From Octopus sinensis (Eukaryota), in assembly GCF_006345805.1 (NCBI RefSeq), contig NC_043006.1, positions 30,504,001 to 30,568,000 on the forward strand: a stretch of DNA of 64,000 nt, written 5' to 3'. The notes beneath the pieces are model-generated. The model searched no databases and had not been told where the DNA came from. It saw only the letters and a program-made list of their open reading frames with translations. Position numbers and translations under genes: made by a program. This document shows, one piece after another, positions 51,002 to 62,054 of this stretch; within the stretch, counting starts at the first letter, position 1; each line of letters starts with the position of its first letter.

Positions 51002-52754
51002 GCAAGATTATTATTATTTTTTTTTATTTGTTAAACAAATCATATTTATTTTGTCTTATTTACTTATAAGATTTCATTTGTCTATAAAACTTGCTTGGTA
51101 TCAAACTGAGGAAAATTATAAAAATACAGTGTTTTCTGTTCAAAACTGTTGGGAAACTTTATTGCTTTAAAATTATATATAGAATTTCTCTTTCCATTAA
51201 ATTTTCCAAACCAGTTTTGAAGTGAAAAACTTTTGGTCAGCCAGATTAAAACATAGGAAGAATTTTTACATCAGCCCAAGGTTTGAAGTTTTGTGTGGAG
51301 GGAACAATATTTGACTGATACTTGTTCTGTTGACTCTGGAAAGATGAAACGCTCATCAACGTTGACAGAATTTCAAGAGGGCTGTAATTAAATGCCACTA
51401 AGTACTTTGTTGAATACTAATGATTTTACCAATCTGTTGTTCTGATAGTAACTATTTGTAACTGGATCAAGACCAGAAATTTTTGTGACCTGAACAGTTA
51501 AATTGTTAGTTTTAGACTGGTATTTGTTTTTTCAAACATTCCCACTCATTTCACTGAAACAACAAAAGATAAAACCTCAGGGATTTAAATTCTAAAGGAA
51601 TGTAGTGATGGTTGTTTGGTGCTTCTATGATTTCTGTTGCCATCTTGCAAAGTTACTTGGTGACCCTGCCAGTGCAGATGCCTCATAAAAAGCACCATGT
51701 CCATGCTGTAAAGTGGTTGGCATTTGGAAGGGCATCCAGCTGTAAAAAAACTATGCTAAAACTGACCTCACCGGTGCTGGTGCCACATAAAAAGCACTCG
51801 GCCCACTCTGCAGGGTGACTGGTGTTAGGAAGGGCATCCAGCTGTAAAAACCATGCCAAAATAGACACTAAGCATGATGCCAGCTCCTGTCAAACTGTCC
51901 AATCTATGCCAGCATGGAAGGAGGACATTAAATGATAATGATGGTCACAATAAGGTAACAACAGATTGACATGGAATTAAAAAGGCTGCTACTTCAGTGT
52001 GCTGGGTGCTTTTTATGTGGTATCAGCCCAAGTGAGATCACCAAGTAACTCGCAAGATGACTCAACTGTAGTGGATGTGGCTTTGAGGGAGGTGGCTTTA
52101 TGCCAAGTGATGAGTTGTTAAAACATGAGATAAAGGGTATGGAGGACTGCATAGGGTGAGTGGGTTTGTAAGTTTGCAAGAAAGGAGAATGGCAGATATA
52201 TCAAGGGGGTGGGTTGGAAATGCAATGAGTGGTCAATCAGTTGGATGGGAAGGTGGAGGACATAGTGGATCAGGGAGGTAACAGGTGGCAGCACAGATGT
52301 GAAGTGTGTGAGGGATGGGTGCAAAAGATACACTGTGTCAGGGATGAAGTCTGGAGGTATATAAGTGGATGAAGAGAGGTTTGGGGGACGGTAGGTGTCA
52401 TTGGCAAAATGAAGTGGGGTACAATGAAAGGGGCATTTAGTGGAAAATAAGGTGGTAGGAGGATGATATTTAGACAAAGGAAGTAGTTCCATGGACAGTG
52501 AGAAGTAAGGGGATGAAATACATGCATTTCACTCTCATAGCTACTATAGTGCCATAGTGTCACACTCCGAAGAGTGATGAAGGGGTGGGTTGTTAGGAAC
52601 AGATTGGGTGCAGGGGCATAGACATAAACAAAATGCTTTTAAGGCCTCATTTTTGCTTAGATGGTTAGTCCTTCTTGAGCACAGCAGATCACTAATGTCA
52701 GTTCTTTGTCATTTCTTCCTTTAGGTTTAACATCTGGAAGTTATTCTTTCCTAC

Positions 52755-52780
52755 TTTATATATATATATATGTATATACT

Positions 52781-52835
<55 letters not shown>

Positions 52836-52840
52836 CATAC
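52755..52840. repeat. (AT)n microsatellite (others near 7218, 20990, 25025, 41376, 42395, 55577)
   Basis: Directly visible dinucleotide runs. Confidence 0.95.
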
Positions 52841-55572
52841 ACTCTTCCACAGAGTACACAACTTTTGTGATTACTGTAAATCATAATTAGAAACTTGTAT
52901 TTTATTAAGTTTTCTCCTGGAGTTAAAATGGCTTTTTTGAAATACTCATGTACATTGAAAATAATAGCTTGATTTTAACCATTGCACTCTAAAGCTAAAA
53001 AATAATAGCTAATAAAGTTATAAATAATAAATATTGGGTTGAACATATTTTTCAATAAAAAAGACAAAGGCTGTCCAACACAAAAGCATTGGACATGACT
53101 TAGCAGTCTAATCATGCATTAACACTTAGCATGGCTTTGAGTATTAAAGCATTCTTGGAGGGGACTGTGGAGAGGATTCTCTTTATCACAGATAAACTGG
53201 CTGGGGATTTTTTGTTATTGCTTTAACTCAAGTAAGCCTTGTTAAGTAGACCCATGACAAAAAGTGTTCTGCATGTGACCATCCTTTTTTTTTTCTTTTT
53301 TTTTTTGCAACTACGTTAACCAGCATATCTTTTTAAGATAAATGTGGTCAGAGGGGTTTGGTTGCTATTCTAGCTGGTGAAGAGACGCTATGGAGCTATT
53401 CATTGAGTTGTCTTTAACAAGTACCATCTCATAGGCATTATCTATAGCATGTTCTTGTGAAAGGCATGAACATCACTGTATCAATTCTCTCTTCTACATA
53501 ACTGACACCTACCCATTATATAGTTCGTAATGGAGGTAGGTAGACCAGTTTTGTAACTTGTGTGTTTAAGTTATTTTAATTATTATTGAACAGTTAGTCT
53601 ATTTTGTTTTCTTTGATTCGGCTGGACCTGTAAATTCAAATATTTACAAGTTGGTGTAACTGTTTCTCTTAATTCTTCAACAGTGAAGTGAGAATGATAC
53701 TTGGGACTATGTATAGCTTAAATAATGCTTAATCTGGTAACCACTCACTTACCATACATGTGTAAATCACTGATATTTCAAACTTGTAAAATACCCAATG
53801 TTGTTTTCAAAGTTTTCATTTTACATTTAAAATCCATAGTAACAATCTCGGCCAAAAATATTTAACATACTTTGCTACTGCCAAGCCTGTTACATAATGA
53901 AAATATTTTCTCATCCTTAAGACAATCTTAGCTGAAATTTTATAATCCTGGAAAAGAAAAAAAATTGTATATTACTTTTTGCTTTTAATTTTAGCAAAGG
54001 TTTAGTTTGACTAATTCTGCTGTTAATACAGTGAATAGCGCTTAAAGTATCCACCATAAAATTTAAATGTTTCAGGGACCTTGCAAATGCTTGTTTATGA
54101 CACAACAAAAAAGATAAGATGGTTTGTACCACTTTTTTGGGGAATCAAGTGTGTTGTGAATTGCAAATTGTCTGAAAAGGGTTCTATTCAAGTTTGACTC
54201 TGAGGGAACATATTGACAATGAATATGTTCATCATAGTTTTCAAATTATATCAAAATTACATTTGTATTTCATTAGATCTCCATGAGTTAATTTTATCCA
54301 TTACATTGTAATCATATGGATATTCACCTTTTACCTCATTTTGTTTACTCTTTTTAATTTTTTGTTAGATAATTCTGCTCAGCTTTGAACAGAAGTAACT
54401 GATTGGAGCATTCCATTTGTAATTCTTGTGGTGGATATATCCTCTTAAGATATAAGTTTTAACTATTCAAAGATAACAGAAAGTTAGTTATACAGAGCCA
54501 GTTCAGTGACTATGTAGAAGTTAATTTCACTACTAGTTTGTCCATATATATATAATATATAGTTCATGACATAATGTCTTATTTCCTTGTCATTTTAATA
54601 TATATATGAAAACACCTAATTTGTATTATTGTATGTATTTGTGTATGTCATGGTGGTAGAGAACTAGTCGCTCTGTTTAAAGGTTATATTTAGACTTTCA
54701 ACCTTTGATCCATTCACAAGTCACATGTTGCTTTTTGTAAATATTGATTGCAATTTGGCTGCATTTAAATAGAATATAAAGAAACCAAACTATCCATTTG
54801 AAATAATCTCTGTCATTACCTCTACAATGTAACAAATTCACAGAACTTTAGATATTGCAGCATTGTGTTTCTATGATCTTGGCCTGCAACAAACAGATTA
54901 GCTGTTTTTCAGTCACCTTTTCTATTTGACTGACAATTTAGGCTGCATCTAAAAAAGTATCGAGACTACAGTCAGTCACGAGAAACTTGCACTTACAAAT
55001 TTATGTGATGACATAGCAGCACTGGTATGGTTGTTTTATAGCAGAATTGAATTCAGTTTCAGCAGTAGTTACTGTTTTTGCATGTGATGTCATCTGTGTA
55101 TGTTTAACATCAATATTCTTAATGACAACCCATCTCACATAATCATTTGTGTGTGTGTGTATGTTAGTACATGCTGTGAATTTCAAGCTCAGATCACGGT
55201 TTGGTAGATAAGTCATCATATGCCATTTTTTGTGCCCACTTTTTAAGTAAAAACTTTTTTTTTTACAAGTTTTGTTTGCCCTGAGGAGGACTAGGTTTCA
55301 GTTGTTTGTCATAGATACAAAGTTACCTGTTAACTGTTCTTTTTAACTTATTCTGCTGAACTACCACCACCACTGCTATTGTCAGTGCTAAATATAGTAA
55401 ACCTATTCTGCCTCCCACATGAGTTGCTATAACTGCTGCCTCAAGATGCTTGTAGGAATGTAGCAATTGCAACTTACTACTAATATTACATATATTCTTA
55501 TGGATAAACCTGCAATTTTGTTCTTTTTCTTTGGTAACTCAGTATGTGTGTGTGTGTGTGTTTGTATGTGTG

Positions 55573-55629
<57 letters not shown>

Positions 55630-55992
55630 AGAGAGAGAATGGTTGATCATAAAAATATTTTCATTACTTCAAAATTGACAAAAATATTACCTATAGTATT
55701 AATAGTTTCACTTTAAAAAAAATAATCATATTAGACTTATTTAAAAATATTTAGAATGAATAACCTAAATCTTTGTTTTTCATATTTAAAAAGTATTCCA
55801 TGTTTACATCCAAACATCGTTTCCCATTACGCTTCAATTGCTATAAGTTAAAATTGTTAAAATTCTGCTTAAAAAAGACATTTGAAATGTAAAAGATTTG
55901 ACAAAATAAATATTGTAATCTACAAATTTAAAAAAATATATTTTGAAATTATTCTCTGTACATATACTTCTTTTCCTTTGTTTTTTATGTAG

Positions 55993-56099
55993 TCGGCGCA
56001 CAAATAAGGTCCAGATTAGAAATGTTCCTCAACATGTAACCAAAGAAGAATTTGACCATTTTTTATCTTCTTTAGAGCAAGTTCAAAGACTTGATCACG
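55993..56099 (+). CDS. IGF2BP: IGF2BP/Imp exon 3 (RRM2 start)
   Basis: 107 nt, tgtAG/GTAATT, phase 2 to 1. RRTNKVQIRNVPQHVTKEEFDHFLSSLEQVQRLDH is similar to SRKIQIRNIPPQLRWE. Confidence 0.9.
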
Positions 56100-56484
56100 G
56101 TAATTCTTCTGTTACTTTTAGTTTCTACTTTAATCCTTTTGATACCAGCTTGCCTCTGACCATTTATCTAAATTCCAAGTTAATAATGAAGTTACAAAAA
56201 CTTTCAAAATTCTTGATTACTTGAAAATTTGAAACATAGTGTTGTATCATTAGAGAAACAGGGGTCACAGAAGGATTAACGTGAGGATTAAACATCTTAA
56301 AATGAGAAATTTATATCATAAAACAAGGACAGTTTCAGACAGGTTGGTATCAAAAGTTTTAAACATTCAATTTATATAAATTTATATAATTCTTAGAATT
56401 AGTTTGTTTGAAAGCAATTATTTTCTTATTCTTTGCTTTTTTTAAAATTATACACAGTTTTATGTAATTAAGATGTAATTTATA

Positions 56485-57678
56485 TCGGGCTGAGTAAAAA
56501 GTAAGCAACGTTTTGAAACATGAAATTCATCACAATATATTTCAACAATGCGTAAATTTTATTCATCAAAGTAGTACGTACTTTTTTTTTTACAATCAAC
56601 ACATTTTTGCCAACAAGTTACAAGTTTGTTTATTCTGGTAAAATAAAAATCTGGAGTTGATGAACTTTGAATGCACTTTCAGCATTGGTTTGATTTTTGA
56701 ACTCCTACTCTTGCAGGGAACCCATCAAGGTGCTTGAAAAAGTAGTAGTCGGTAGGAGAAAGGTCTGGAGAATAAGCTAGATGGAGAAGAACTTCATTAC
56801 CAAGTTCCCTCAACTTCTGGAATGTCATTAGTGAAATGTGTGGTCAAGCATAGTCATGAAGTATGATTGGCCCTCTTCTGTTGACCAGTCTGGGACGGAG
56901 GAGTAGCAGTTTTTTGTTGATTTTGGCAATTTCATGGCAATATGTTTCTGCAGTAATGGCTTTTTGGGGTTTTAAGTGATAGTGGGTGAGTTAAGCAGTA
57001 CATCACCAAACAGTCACCCTAACCTTTTTGAAGAGCTTGGGTTTCGGGAAGGTTTTTGGTGCTTCATTTTGGTCCAGTCACTGCGAAGAGCGTTTTTTTC
57101 ATTATTGTACGGAATCTACTTTTCATTACAAGTTACAATACAGTTGAGAAATGGATTGATCTGGTTATAGAGAAGCAATGAGCAAATTTCATATCTGTGC
57201 ATTTTCTGATTGCATGCAGTTTTCTGGCTAACTTGAAGTTCTTTTGCCAGTTCGTGAGTGCTTTTACATGGATCATTCTCAGTGACGGTCTTTAATTGAC
57301 CGTCATTGATGACAGATGGGCGTCCACTAGGCTCATAATTTTCGAGGCTTAGGTTTCCACTGCGAAATCATTTAAACCATTCTCGAGTTGACCACTCACT
57401 GGTCATTTCCTCACCAAACGTTTTGTTGATATCACCAGCAGTTTCAGCTGCTTTACGTTCTTTTTTGAAGTTGAATATCAAAATTGCTTGAATACTTTGA
57501 CAGTTCCATTTTAGATTATTGTAACAACAGTGAAAAATAACAAGTGTTAATTTATTGATGCATTTGGGCTGGTCTATGTCTGTTTTATCAGACAATTGCA
57601 AAAAATATTTTTAAAATTCAAAAATCCGGTACAAATTCTTCATGATTCAAAATGTTGCTTACTTTTAACACAACTTGA
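56485..57678 (-). mobile_element. Full-length, decayed mariner (Tc1/mariner) transposon
   Basis: TIRs tcgggctgagtaaaaagtaagcaacgttttgaa / ttcaaaatgttgcttacttttaacacaacttga are flanked by TA on both sides. Transposase remnants KAAETAGDINKTFGEE...EWFK and AYSPDLSPTDYYFFKH. Confidence 0.92.
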
Positions 57679-57765
57679 TACAATGTTTTATTTTGCAGAA
57701 TTTTTATATTACATTGTTACAAAATGATCTCAATTGTTGGACTTACTACCTTTTTAAATTTTTAG

Positions 57766-57817
57766 TTAGTAATGGTGTTGTGTATGTAACTTACAACAAT
57801 CCAGATCAAGCTCAGCA
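57766..57817 (+). CDS. IGF2BP: IGF2BP/Imp exon 4 (RRM2)
   Basis: 52 nt, ttttAG/GTAAGT, phase 1 to 2. (V)SNGVVYVTYNNPDQAQ(Q) is similar to AVVNVTYSNREQTRQ. Confidence 0.9.
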
Positions 57818-59466
57818 GTAAGTTATCTTTTAAATATTATTAAGCTACATTTCTTTTACACTTTTTCACATGATTACAAACTTATGCATCACAGCATCTA
57901 TTTTCCATGCTGACATAGCTCTAACTTTAGTGTTATTGTTTGTGATGATTTCACAGTAATAAGCTGAAATATCTCATTGCTCTGTTTATTTTACATTTAG
58001 ATAAAATAAATAATCAAACATTTAAGGATTGTATCCAGCAGTATTTGAAAAACCTTAACTTGAGGGTTATCAGTTAATTGATGTTTGTGCCCTTTTAAAA
58101 AGACATCAATAATTCAAAACAACTAAAATAGTTACCAGAAATCAAAACAGTTAAAGACTCAAAGAATCAGAGATTATGTCTCTGGCGTCCACTTTCTACT
58201 CAATCATTCCTATATCAATTTTTGTTTCTTTCGTTTAGATTTTTAATTAGAAAAGGGGCAACTCTCATGATTAGTGAGATTGATGTTCAGCTCCAACACC
58301 TGTGGGCAGTAAGGGAATGGTGAGATCTGGGCTTCAATACTTGCAGCAATGAACTTGACTAAATTCACTCAAGGACCTGGTGGTGCTAGTGATATTAAAA
58401 CCAAGCAGTTTAATAGGGCCACCACCACTCTGTACAAACAAAATGACTGAGTAGATACTGGACTACTGAGTTCAAATCTGCTGTTTTACATAAATATTTA
58501 AACAATTCCTGTCAGCCTGATAGTACAGGGTGGTGTCATATCTAGTGTCTGGGAGCAGAATCCTCATCAGCTGCTGCAAACACAAGCGATTTTTCTACAC
58601 AGAAGCAACCGCAGAGATATTGAACTGATTGGTTAATCAATTACAAAAACAATTTTAGCACAATTGACCAGGAAGAGAATTGGCTTTGATGTGTTGAGAT
58701 TTGTAACAGGCTGGCATAGCAACTGCTGCCTTCTGTTTGTTGATTTAGAGGAGGATTCTGACAGGGCTTCATGCTCTGATGTTAGGAGTAGATGACTGGT
58801 GGAGAGAATGTAGCAAACCATGTCCAGAGATGCTATCAACAAAGTGAGCAACCTGTGTTGCTGCTTGTGTAGGGAGTGTGGTGTGATGTATAATAGTAGC
58901 AAGGTATGGGGGTATAGTTTGTAGAAGTGCAAAAGTGGGGGAGAAATAAAGCAAGTATGCTCTACTGGATGTGTAATGTTAATGTGCATGCATGGATGGT
59001 GAGGCACAGTGGAGTGGACATAAAATAAAAGAAAAATTAACATGAAATTATGATGGAAGACTTTGAAATCATTTTAGAGAAAGTTTATATCCTACAATGA
59101 AGGTTGATCTTAAACAGGTTGGTATCAATAGGGTATTAGGTTGAACTACCATTGTTGAAAGTAACACATTTCTTGAAAAATTTAACTCAAAAACAAAATA
59201 AAATCTGATTATTTGAGATCTGAGAAAGGTTTTTGAAACTAAGACTATTATTTTTCTTAATATTTTAAAAAGTTAAATATTTTAAAGTATTAAAGTTAAT
59301 CAGTGTATATTGTAAATCTAATGAAACATCTACTTAATTCTTCTGTGTATTTCCTCAAAAACATGTAATTTCATAATTGTTTTTTATTTGTAATACAGTT
59401 TGAGTATTTTTTTATTTGTATTTATTAATTTGTTATGAGTTTCTTTTTTTTCCTCCCCATTTTTAG

Positions 59467-59515
59467 AGTTATTTCACAATTAAATGGTTATGATTTCCAA
59501 GGCTCAATTTTAAAG
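59467..59515 (+). CDS. IGF2BP: IGF2BP/Imp exon 5 (RRM2 end)
   Basis: 49 nt, ttttAG/GTAAGG, phase 2 to 0. VISQLNGYDFQGSILK is similar to AIMKLNGHQLENHALK. Confidence 0.9.
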
Positions 59516-60671
59516 GTAAGGAATTATAAAAATTCAAAATTTGTTCTGCCTAAACATTTGTATCTGCAAATATAACTGTAAAAGATAATTGAAATTCGTG
59601 ATGTCTGAAGAGGCATTGCTTATGTCCTGTAAATTATCAGATGATTTGTGAGGTGAGCTTCAAAACCTCAAAACATGATGGGACAGAATGACATATATAT
59701 TAAAGATGGCAAGAACTAAGAGGATATTTCCAAACTGGAATAGTTTATGGCCGATAAATTTTAGTAATAGTGACTATAGAGTTTCCTAATTGTGTTAATC
59801 ATGCAACTGGTAAATTATAGATGAAGACAAAGCTCACATATTGATCTATTGAAAAGTACAAGGGACCTTTTGCTTTTATGTTGATATTAAAATGAAATTG
59901 GACAGTAAAATTTAAAAAAACAATTGATGCCTAACCTACTCCATTTCTTTTTTTTTTTTTTAATGAGTTTCCCATTTGTACAGGAAATAATCTTCAAATT
60001 TTGATATGGTGAAGCAAGTAGAGTATGTTCTCAGATACACAATATATATTGAAGCTGGACTTTAATATGTATAGTGTATCATAATTTTATTATGATTCAT
60101 TGAAATTACTCTTGCTTCATCATCATTTAATGTCCTTTTCTCCATGCTATCATGGGTTGGATGATTTGACAAGAACGGACAAACCAAAGGGCTCTGCCAG
60201 TTTTACGTCTGCTTTGGCATGTTTTCTACGGCTGGATGTCCTTTCTATCACCAACCACTTAAGAGTGCTCTGGGTGCATTTTTACATGGTACTAGCATCA
60301 GTGAGACAGCCAAGTACTTGGTATAACTGAGTATAGACTGGAGAAACTATGATAGAGGGAGAGGAGCAGGTGTCTTGCTGAAGAGGTGAACACATGGTTT
60401 GGCCACCTGGAAAGTGAAAGGAGAGAGAGAGATGCTTGCTTTAAATAATCCTCCCTTCATTCCAATATTTGGAAATAGTAAGATTTTTCTAGTGTAAGCT
60501 TTGTGTATACTGCATAATGCTTAACGTATATTTTTAGTGATTTCTGTTTGGAATATAAAAGCCTAAAATTATGGGAGAGAGCATAGAAGTCCATAGGTTC
60601 ATAATAATTATTCACTAAGTTAATTGTAATAAAAAAATTGTTTGACTTAAATATGATCAATTATGTTTTAG

Positions 60672-60760
60672 GCTGATTTTGCAAGCAGCAGAGCAAGAAA
60701 TAACCAGTCTAATTCTAATAACGGCTCAGGGATGGTGTGTGGTCAAGATTTACCTCTTAG
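60672..60760 (+). CDS. IGF2BP: IGF2BP/Imp exon 6 (RRM2-KH1 linker)
   Basis: 89 nt, ttttAG/GTAAGA, phase 0 to 2. ADFASSRARNNQSNSNNGSGMVCGQDLPL(R) ends in the DxPLR start of KH1 and bridges the phases of exons 5 and 7. Confidence 0.88.
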
Positions 60761-61224
60761 GTAAGAAAAATTTACCATTTAATGTTCATGGATTGGATGC
60801 ATTTACAGTATGGTTCATTCTATATAGCACTGTTTCCACTGTGAAGTTCAATTGTCTAATTAGATACCCTCGTCTCAAGCTTAACTTAGCTTTCTTGTAT
60901 TTGTGTAGCCACCCATGTTAATTCAGAGTACATTTTTGCTAAACATTTACATTATTTACATAACTATATTATTGTATTCATGACTTGCATCTATCACTGT
61001 TTTTCATACATCATCACTAGCATTATTTGCACTAAGCCACTTTCTAGATTCATCCTAAAGACTTATTTTGCTGTAATGAAAGCAAGAATATATAGAACAG
61101 CTTGTGTTCTTCTGTATCATTTTCACTGCTCTTAGAACTAATTCTGTTTGAGTAACGGTTAATTGTCAATTACTTCTAGTAATTCTTTTAAGCAGGTTAA
61201 ATAGAACATTTCATGTGATATTCT

Positions 61225-61543
61225 TAAAGTGGCCAACAGAATTTTACGGGGCAGGGATACATGCTCTCATTTGAAGATGGAACATTGCTATTGAGAAAAA
61301 CTGACTATGTTGAGAAGTGGGGATGTGATCCACAGAGAACCAGTTCAAGATTCAAAACTCAGCTGGAAAAAATCATGGCTACTGTCTTTAGGGATGCTCA
61401 AGGTGTCATTCTGGTCGATTTCTTGCCAAAAAGAAAAACAATAAACTCATAATAAGCTTCCTTTTGATGTATGATACATGTTCCTGTCTTAGTAATTATA
61501 ACTGTCCTAAACAAAATGGCATTACTTTTTGACTCACCCTCAT
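61225..61543 (+). mobile_element. Rearranged mariner 3' fragment
   Basis: FYGAGIHALI*RWNIAIEK..DYVEK (C-terminus), then KIMATVFRDAQGVILVDFLPKRKTINS (middle region), then TIR-like cattactttttgactcaccctcata. Confidence 0.75.
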
Positions 61544-61874
61544 ACATGTCAGTGTATAAAATACAACCATGCATGTAAATAAAGAGGGAGAAGCTTTTGA
61601 AATTCTGGTTTTTCTTTTTTTAGAAAAAACAGACTTTGACAGTTTCATCATCGTTTAATGTCTGTTTTCCATGCTGGCATGGGTTGGACGGCTTGGCTGA
61701 GGACTGGTGAGTCAGAGGCTGCGCCAGGCTCAATCTGATCTGGCAAAGTTTCTACAGCTGCTTGCCCTTCTTAGCACCAACCACTCTGAAAGTAGTTTAA
61801 CTTTGAAAATTTAATAAGAATGTTTGCACAATAAATTAAATGTTTTGAAATTAATAATTCTTCTCATTGTTTAG

Positions 61875-61961
61875 AGTTCTAGTTGGTAGAGAATATGTCG
61901 GTGCTATCATTGGCAAACAAGGTCAAACTATAAAACAGATTACATCTCAGAGCAATGCTCG
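61875..61961 (+). CDS. IGF2BP: IGF2BP/Imp exon 7 (KH1); gene continues beyond window
   Basis: 87 nt, tttAG/GTAAGT, phase 2 to 2. VLVGREYVGAIIGKQGQTIKQITSQSNA(R) carries the KH GxxG loop (GKQG). Confidence 0.93.
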
Positions 61962-62054
61962 GTAAGTAAAATATTTTTTTCTCAATTTGTATTATTATTA
62001 TTATTATATATATTTTTGATTTATTTCCTAGATTTTCTAATTAGGTATACAATC

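Noticed and set aside
55943-56224. 93-aa ORF as a standalone gene
   Set aside because: Only 55993-56099 is exonic; the flanks are intron read-through.
59984-60035. Candidate IGF2BP linker exon after tgtacAG
   Set aside because: In-frame TGA after six codons; 60672-60760 fits both phase and homology instead.
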